Position numbers and translations under genes: made by a program | Part shown: one piece after another, positions 24,401 through 33,400 of the stretch | How positions within the stretch are numbered: the first letter of the stretch is position 1 | How the letters are laid out: the number at the start of each line of letters is the position of its first letter | Virus record (IMG/VR): IMGVR_UViG_3300017778_001280 | Coordinates: 1 to 45,266 of that record | Origin: a virus | Lineage: Duplodnaviria > Caudoviricetes | Direction: 5' to 3' (one strand) | DNA length: 45,266 bases | Notes under the pieces: model-generated | Database searches by the model: none | What the model was told of the DNA's origin: nothing | The model's input: the letters and a program-made list of their open reading frames with translations, nothing else

Positions 24401-27400
24401 ATTTCTTTAGCACGGCGCTCGGGTGATAGACCGGGTTGTGTGCGGTCTACTTGTGCGGCAATCCCTTGAACAACCTTAGAGGTTTTCTCCAGCTCCTGAA
24501 CATTCTGGACCATGACCTTCATCAAGTCTTTGCCAAGCATGCCTTCTAATGCAGCGTGACCAATGGCCTCATGCGCCAGCACTTCTTGAACACGCTGGGC
24601 GTTTGGCAGGTTATCAGCCACCAAGTAAACAGTGTTACCAGAGAACCAAGCACCTTCCACATCAGCGGGAGCAGCTGCATCAGGCAAGTTGTCAGCAGAC
24701 TGAACCACTTTAACATTGATACCCTTGATTGCTTTGATCTGAGCTTCTACATCCTCAACGCTCTGACCGCCCTCGGGTATAGCGCGAGAGAACATGCCTT
24801 TCTTAGACTCAGAGTCATCAAACTCAACCTTCATTACCTCACGGGCAAGTTGACCAGCGTCAGCTTCCACTGTGGCAGGGTAATGCTTGTGCAAGTTTTT
24901 AATTAGGGCAATGAGGTTTACTGGGTCTGCAATAACATCCCGTGGGGACATCTCATAAGGGCCACCCTTTTTCTTGGCCAATGAAACGCCTTTGATAGAC
25001 GTTACAAACTTCTTAGGCGCATCACCAGAGATAGACAACCTAAAGCCGGTTGGCCTGTAGCTGTCTAGCGTCAATGTCCAAATGTTATTGGCACCACGAA
25101 CAACTTTGGTTGTGTAAGAGTTCTTTGAGTTTTCTGCATACGGCACAAAGCTTGGCAAGTTTGGCAGCAGGTACTGTCCCAAACTATCTGCTATGTCTTT
25201 GTAATCTTCCATCTGAGTGGAGTCATACTTTTTCCGTAGAATTTCATTCCAAGCAGCTAACGTATATTGCACTGCAGCATTAGCGTTACGCATACGCACA
25301 GGCTGATCACTGATGGCAACAGGCTGGTACTTCACAGGCATGATCACGCCAGAGACTTCCTCTGTTTGATTCTGCAAGGTGAACTTAGCGATCTCGCCAC
25401 CATCTTTGTCAAACAACTGAGCTGCTCTCAGGATATTGCCAAGTGCAATGTAACGAGTAGTGCGACCACCCGTCACTGACTTCAGAGCAAAAAATTCGTC
25501 CAGCGGAGGTCTACGCATTGGCTGGCTTCGTTCAATGCTTGGTCCCTCAAGGGCAGCCAGCGTAGGAGCAACGCGCCCCTCTGGGATATTGCGCTTAAGG
25601 ATGATCTGAAAGTTGGATGGCGAGTATGGGTTGCCAGTTTTTGACTTACCAATCCTTGACTTGTCTACCTTAACGCCGATCACAACAGCAGCTGCTGGCA
25701 CGTTGTTAATCATGAATGAATCAAAGCCAGTACCGATGGCAAACTGATTCCTCAAGGCGCTTAAAGTCTTTTCTCTGCGCTCACCAAGAGTAGCAAACTG
25801 TACGTCCAGAGCCTCTTTTTGCTTCGTTAACTCTGCAATATCTTTTTCAGTAGCTCCGGGTGCGGCAATGGCGGCACTCAAAGCTTGCTGTTTTAAAATG
25901 ATTTGGTTACGCACTTCAACAAAAACTGTGTTGAGATCGGTATCAATCTCTTCTACAACTTGTTGGGCAGTGCGACCATTCAAGGCTTGGGCAATATCAT
26001 CTTCAATGTTTTTCTGGGTTGGGATTGAGCCAATCACATCCACGTTGAACTGAGCCATCACCACATCAGACAAGAACGGATTGGTGCTATCTAAGCCTTC
26101 CTCGATCAGGTTCTCTTTGATCATTTCAGCGTTAAGCGGCAGAACACGGCGCTCAAGGGCGTTTGTTCCTGTCGCATTACGCAGCTCAATCTCGGCCAAG
26201 TAACTAGCTTCGATAGAGTCAAAGAACTCCTGTTGGTCTGAGGAGGACAGAAGGCCAGCTGTACCAGAGGCTTTGTGTGCCAAGTCAGAGCCAGCGGCTT
26301 CTGCGGGATCTGCAAATGACTGCTGGGCTAAGAATGCACGGATGTCAGCATGTTCGTTCAGGTACTCGGCAGTAGCAACGTCACCATACCTATTGATAAA
26401 GTCAACGCCGTTCACCTTGGTACTGCTAGAGCCACCCGATGTATTGGACTTCAAGCTTGACAACTTCTTACGAAGCATGGCCAAGATACGGCGCTCGGCT
26501 GGAATGCCGGTAGCCAACATGGTGAATGAAGGCCATTCAACCTGACCAGTGCGGTGGATACGACCCAGCAACTGGATGAATACGCTGATGTCTCCATGAG
26601 GCTGGAGCACCACCATGTGGCGTGGGCGCTGATCAAACGCTTCTGTAGATGCGTGTAACGAGATACCAGTTGCACCAGCTGAGTTAATGATCAATACATC
26701 AATCGGTCCGTTCTCTGACTCTTCACCGTTCTGGAATGAAGAGATCATCTCGGTGCGCTCTGGATTGCTCAGAGCCATGTACTTGGGCTTATCGCCACTG
26801 TAATCTACCGCTGTGTTACGGCCAGTAATCTCTTTGACCACCAGACGTCTGGCTTTAACTCCGGGCGGTGGTGCGTCACCAACGTTAGTCTTGCCGTCAG
26901 CTGTCCACACGTACTTGCCTTCAAGCTGTGTACGCATGTAGTCAATAGGAGCCACAGGCAAATCAGACTGGAAGTCTTTGACCATGTCTGCCAGATTGTC
27001 GTAGCCTGCCCTAATTGACGGGGGCATCAAAGAGTATGGGATCTCAACCTTGACGTTGTCTTTTGGATTCCCAGTAGCAGACTTCAGCGTGATCTTTCTA
27101 GTCGAATCAATCGCTCGCTGAAGCAAAGTCTGCCAACCAAAGTTAGGGATCTCATCGCCTATCTTAATGCCGTTCTTTGCAACAAAGTCATCTAGCGCAC
27201 TACCATTGGTATTCTGCAGACCAACAACAACCTTCTCGCCGTTGTTCATCTTGTCGATCACCATGTCTACGGCAGTCTGAGTCTTAGCAGACAGCAGTAG
27301 CGTACCAATGTAGTTGTGGACCACAGAGGTGAATGGATTACCTTTGGCTTCAGCAAAGGCAGTCGGGCCTTCTTTGCCCAGCATGGAGCCGGGTGGGCCA

Positions 27401-30400
27401 AGCGTGTTAATGATCAAAGCTTGATTAGAAGGATCCTTTGACCACTCTTTAAGTGCACGGTCAGCGTTAACTAACGCTCTAAGAATGGTTGTAACTTTGT
27501 CAACTTCACGGATGTCGCGTGGTGCGTTTGCATCGTCTGTAACAAAGTCCATCTTGACGCCTTCATACGATCTCTCGCGGCGTAACATGGAGCCAGACTC
27601 TACCAACATCTCAGAGGAAACCTGTTGCAGGACGTCAGTCTTAACGCCTTTACCAAACAAGTTGGTCAACTCTTCAGGCGTATTGGCCGCATACCGCAAG
27701 TTGGTATGGATGTACAGAGGCATGTTGTCTGGGCGTTTTGCAAACGTGGCAGACAAATAAACTGCTGGTGGTGGCACCCAATCTTCTGGAGTCTCAACGT
27801 CTTTGCCAAGCAAATCTATGCCCGTCAGCAATGACATAAAGAATGCGTTCTGACCCCTAGAGTCTGAATCAGAAGGGATACCAGCTGCGTTATGGGCTTC
27901 GTCCATAATCAAAACAGCTTTGCCTTGGGCGACCAAAGATGCAATAGCGTCTTGACGTTGAGGTGAGCCAGCACCACCGTTCAGTTGAGAGTAGGCTGTG
28001 AACAAAACGTCCATGCCTTTTGGCAATTCACCGTTCTTTTTGATGTAAGCCATCAAATCAGGACCGGCCTTACCTTTGTTCTCGAACACAGTCTTAATCT
28101 TGCCACCACCCATATTGCGCTGAATGATGGCATTGTTATTGGTCATGCCAATCTTGAACTCTTCGTGTCCAATGTTAATCAAATCTTCGTACATAGATGT
28201 GTACATTGAATCGTTAACAGTTACAAAGATTGGGATCTTCCCGTTCTTCTTAGCCCAGACAATCATGGCAGCAGCTGCACGGCCTTTACCTACGCCAGTG
28301 TCATCACCAATGATGAAGCCTTTACCAAGCTTGTTAGCCTGAATAGCCAGAGCCAAGCCATCAATCTGATAGCCCGCCAATCCCTTGGCCATCTTCTCTA
28401 CCGATGGGTAGCCCAGCTCACTAGCAACAAACTCATCAATGTTGCCAACTTGTGCTTCTAGGTTCTCAAGTGCAGAGTAAGCATGCTGAGACTGCGCGCG
28501 TGGTAAGTAAATGCCATCGCTGGCAAAGCGTGACTTACCAAGGTAGACAACCCGTGACTCTGTATCAATAGGTTCAGACTGAACAGGGGTTTGGTTCTTG
28601 GGGCGTTTTTGTACAACAGTGCGTAGGCTTCCAATAAATGTTTGGATGTGGGCTACGATTGCTTTTCCTAGCTGGGGAACCAACACATTAACAATGTGTT
28701 TAACTCGCGCACTAAAATCACTTATTGTTTCTCCAGCTAAGTTCCATACCTTTTGAATGATTGGCTGTACGTTAGCGTACTCTTGATCACCCTTGCGTGA
28801 GTATTGACCACTGTTAGGGTCATCACTGGTGTTCTTTGTATCTTGGGCAATACGTCCCAATGCTTCACCAACTTGCTTATCCAAACGCTCTGGACTGTTT
28901 TCTGGTGTAGTTTCTTTGGTTACTTGTGGCGCTTTGCCAGTTAAAGCAATTCTTAATTCTTCAACCAAAGCTTGCATCTCTGGAGAAACGTCAACAGCCG
29001 CCGCTTTGGGTTCGCGTTTAGCGCCCGGCTCTTTAGCTTCTCTTGGTTTTCTAGCCCCGCCAGTTGGCTTTTCTCGCTTACCTTTTGTTTCTTTCTCTTC
29101 TAAAGACTCATTGATGTCTTTAAATAATGCTTCTAGGTCTAGGTCAGAAAGTCCTCCCAGTTCATCTCCTGATCCTCCGCCGCCATCTTGGCCTCCTTGG
29201 GTTCCGCCGGCTTCGACACCGCTGGGTCCCCCTCGTTTACCTTTTCCGCTATCCGGCTGCTGTTCAGCAGTACCAGCTCCACCAGCTGTTCCTCGTCCTC
29301 CGCCAGCGGTAGTTCCAGTGCCCCGTCCTGTTTTAGGTAGTTGTTCGCCGACTCCACCGCCCTCTGTAGTCCCCACTCCTGCGCCAGTGCCTCCATCTTC
29401 CACCGCACCGCTTGTTGGTACTCCTCCGGCTGGTTGATTGGCACCGCCAGTAGCTGGCTGTTTCTTTCCGGTACCCACCACGACTTGTTCGCTACGATCA
29501 CTGGTTTGAACATATCTGCTCCAAAGTTCATCAAATGTAGTTATCCGATCAACGGTTGAGTCAATTGGATAAACGTTGTCCGTTTGGTTTCTGCCGGCAA
29601 TAACTAAGACGCGCAACGGCCAATTCGCGCCTTGTTTACGATACAAGCCACCAGCAATTTCATAGTGATCCGCTACGTTATAGTTCCCATATAACCAGTT
29701 CAAGAACACCCGATCTGTGGATGTAATTGTTCCGGGCTTGGGGTGAGCTCCAAGGATCAAGACAGCACGGCCATTGTTAGCCATGGCGCGCAAAGACTTG
29801 GCAGCAATCGCTTGATCAAGCGTACCAATCTTATAGTTCTGACCATTCCAAGACGGGACGTTATCAGGCGTAGACAAAGCTCCAAACGGAGGATTTGCCA
29901 AGACAACATCAACCTCTTGATCTCTTAGGTCTTTTAATTTCTCAAACACATCACCATCAATCACGTTACCGATTTGCATTAGACGCATGTTCTCGGCACG
30001 GTGTGGGTCTAACTCTATTGTTGTGACGTTCTGTGGGTTAGCCGCCACCACCAACATGCCGTTACCACCTGTTGGGTCTAACACTGTTGTAGTGGACTTA
30101 ACACGCGCCAGCATACCTGCTAAGAAAGCAATAGGGAGTGGCGTAGAGTAGGCGTTGTTACTCTTGCTCAGTACAGACTGAACGTCTAATGTAGGTTGGT
30201 TCTGATACAGGTTAACGATGTATTCGTAGATGGCCTTTGTATCTGAGCCCTGCGCTCGCATGTCAGTAATGACTTGGCTAATGTAACGTGTAGCTGCCGC
30301 CTCAAAGTCTTCCTGAGTCTGCTTAAGCTTGACGCGATCACCTTCAAAGTCAGCAATCTTGTATCTTTCAATCTCACGTTGGTCTTTAGCTGGGTTAAAA

Positions 30401-33400
30401 CCAAGCAACTCTGGATTTTGTAAGTAGGCCTTAATACCATACTCAGCCAGCTCACGGTTGTTCTTTGGCCACCAGCCCTGACGCATGTGATAGAACATGG
30501 ACTCAGCCATTGAGCCGTTCTTAATCTCAGGCCACTTAAACAGACCCATCTCTTCCATAATAACGTCAATGCGCTTGGCCATGTCAATGATGTGCTGGTT
30601 GACCTTGCTCATCTGCATGTCAGTTGGCGTCAAGACTCGCTCTTGGCCATCACGCGCTGCTTTAGTACGTTTGGCTTCGTCTTCAGTTTTAAACCAAACC
30701 AAACCACCAGAAGTACCTGAATCCAAGTTATATTGGTCTAGGACTGCATAACCCAGATCTTCAATTTCAACAATCTTGGTGTCCATCTTGTAGGTCTTGA
30801 CTTCCAGAGTCTCTGGGTCAATCTGGGTGAGCATCTGCTTATAGACTTCATTGAGCTTTGGACGCTCTTTACCTAGTGGGTAAATGGTGCCGCCATAACC
30901 ATTCTTTTTGGTAATGTATCCATCAGCAACGGTAGGGCCAACAAGGTATGGGCTGCCACCTTTAGATGCGTCAAACAGCATAGCCTCAAACGCGCGAGAC
31001 AACAGCTCTACGTCTGTGCCCCAGTAGCGAGGCTCTCTGCCTTCGTCTTGGTCTAATTGCTGTGCGTCTTTAAAGTATTGCGTTGTTTTGTCTGAATCTC
31101 TGATAACAGGGGCTGTACCCCAGTAGCCTTGATTTGAGATGGCCGCAAAGAATGCTTTCTTGGGAGGGAGATTACGGTTGTCTGTGCTACCAGCTGTATC
31201 ACGTAACACACCCTTTAGGTAGTTCTCTACTGTCTCAATCTCAATCTGCTTTTTAAGACGCGAGACTGTGCCCGACATTAATAACTTGCCGTTTGGCGTC
31301 TGCTGAAGGTTCCAATCCAAGCCGTGCTGCCACTCATGTCCAAGTGATCCATCACCTTTGGTTTTGGTCAGGTTGATTTCATTAAGCTTGGGGAAGTAAT
31401 GAGCTGCAGTTTTGCCGCCACGACCTTGCGCTCCGATGGCCATCTTGAGCTTCTCGCCCAAGCCCAACATCTTTGGATTGATACCAGAGACATCCGCCAA
31501 GTCATACATGGTGTCATAGATGGCGTTAAGGTGAGCAGCTCGCTCAGTCTGGTTAACCCAGTTACCAAAGTCAATACCACCCGGGAAGAAACCAAACGTA
31601 GTTACAAAATCGTTTGTATCAACATCACGACCCTGTCGGTGATCACGCATACCACGGCGAACAATGTTGCCAAGCTCTGGTGGTACTTCGGTTTCTTTCT
31701 TAACGATACGATTAGTTTGATCGGTTGAATCTTGATTAGCCGCAAACAAGCCATCCATCTTGTTAAATAGATTAACTAAAGCATTTGCTGATAACTTATT
31801 GCGTAGATTTAATCCATCTTCGGTGTACTTTGCAGATGAACCACTTGCTTCCGCATCTTTGATGTACTTTTCTCTTAGTGCCTTATCTAATTCACCAACA
31901 CGGGCGTGTGAGTCAAAGACCGCCTGCAAGCCTTGAAGTGCATCAACATAACTCTGCAAGAGCTTTTGTATTTCCTCTTGCTTACCCTCTTCCAGAGCCA
32001 GTTTAATGGCTTGACGGCTACCAGTCCTGTCCGATACACGGACTATTCTGTTTTCTTTTATAGCCTTTAGCAGGTAATCAGACGCCGGCATGACGAAGCT
32101 TACGATGCCCTCTTTGTACATCATTGCACCAAACGAATTGTCTTTGTTTGAGTCAATGTCAAGTAGCGTGTCCTTGGCAACAGCTGCCAACATCTTAGAG
32201 ATCTGACTGTCTGTAGCGTCTTTAGGAGCTGGAGGTGCTGTAACTTTACCCTTGCGGTTCTTTACAAACTCAGCACCACCACCTTGAATACTTATTTTCT
32301 CCGGCTTGTATAACGCTGATATAGTGACGCGCTCTGGTCCTGTGTAGGATGGATCATCCGTAGCAGAAGGGATAGAACGATCAGTAATGCGGAAACCAAA
32401 CTTAGTTAATGCCTCTTCAATCTTAGAAACATTTGGCAAGTCCACAGGAATACGCAACAGACCTTCTGCAGGGAAGATGATTGGGAAAAGGTCTTCTGCT
32501 ACAGCGTTGCCGTACAGCAAAGTTGAAACCTGATCAGCATTACCCTCTTCCATAGCAACCTTCATAGGCTGCTTGTTAAATTCCTCGAGCTTTTTCTTTT
32601 GCTCGTCAGCGGCTTTCTTTTCTTCTTCAGCTTTAGCTTTTTCTTCAGCAGCTTTAATCTTCTCTTCTTCAGTAAGCTTTACCTTGGGTGGCTTGGGCTC
32701 TTTAGCACCACCAGTAGGAGCAGCCTCACCAGCAGGCTCAGATGGGCCTCCAGCGGGCGCAGATGGACCGCCTGTAGGTTTGGGTTCACCTTCAGCAGGT
32801 TTCTCTTCTGCAGGCTTTACTAACTCTTCTGTAGGTGTCTCTTCCGCAGGCTTTTCTTCAGCGGGTTTTTCTTCCGCTGGCGCTTCCTCGGCTGGCTGTT
32901 CAACAACATCAGCGGGCTTTTCCTCTGGTGGCTTCTCTTCGACTGGTGCCTCTGGAGTCTTCTCTACAGTTCTACCCTTGGTGATCCTGTCAATCGTATT
33001 GCGAATGTTCTCAACGGCCTTTGCGTCACCATTGGCTGCAGGAGATAAACCTTCGTTAGGGTTTATACCTAGCGCCTGTGCAGTGGGCAGTTGACCCATT
33101 TGAGAACGAATGTCTCCAATGGTAGTGTTTAGCTCATCCGCAGCTGCCTTGAGTTCGGGCGAGTTGTAAAAGTTGTTGATGTCTTCTTCACTACCCTTGT
33201 TAAACCAACCGTCTGGACCGTTACCAAAGTATGGGTACCACTGGCCTGTAGGCACATTCTTTTTACCGCCACTACCAGTGCTGATATAGAACGGAACCTT
33301 GACGCCATTAACCTCTTTAACTACAGCAACACGCCTGTTAGTAACAAACGGTTCTGTAACACTACCAGTGGTAGAGGTGGCTGGCGCTTCTGGAGCTGCC

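Noticed and set aside
30186-30587. Other same-strand alternative-frame ORFs in long genes (also 35304-35744, 14330-14695, 10903-11322)
   Set aside because: Leu/Ser/Arg/Thr-rich shadow composition, no clear RBS, and the host frame is normally constrained there
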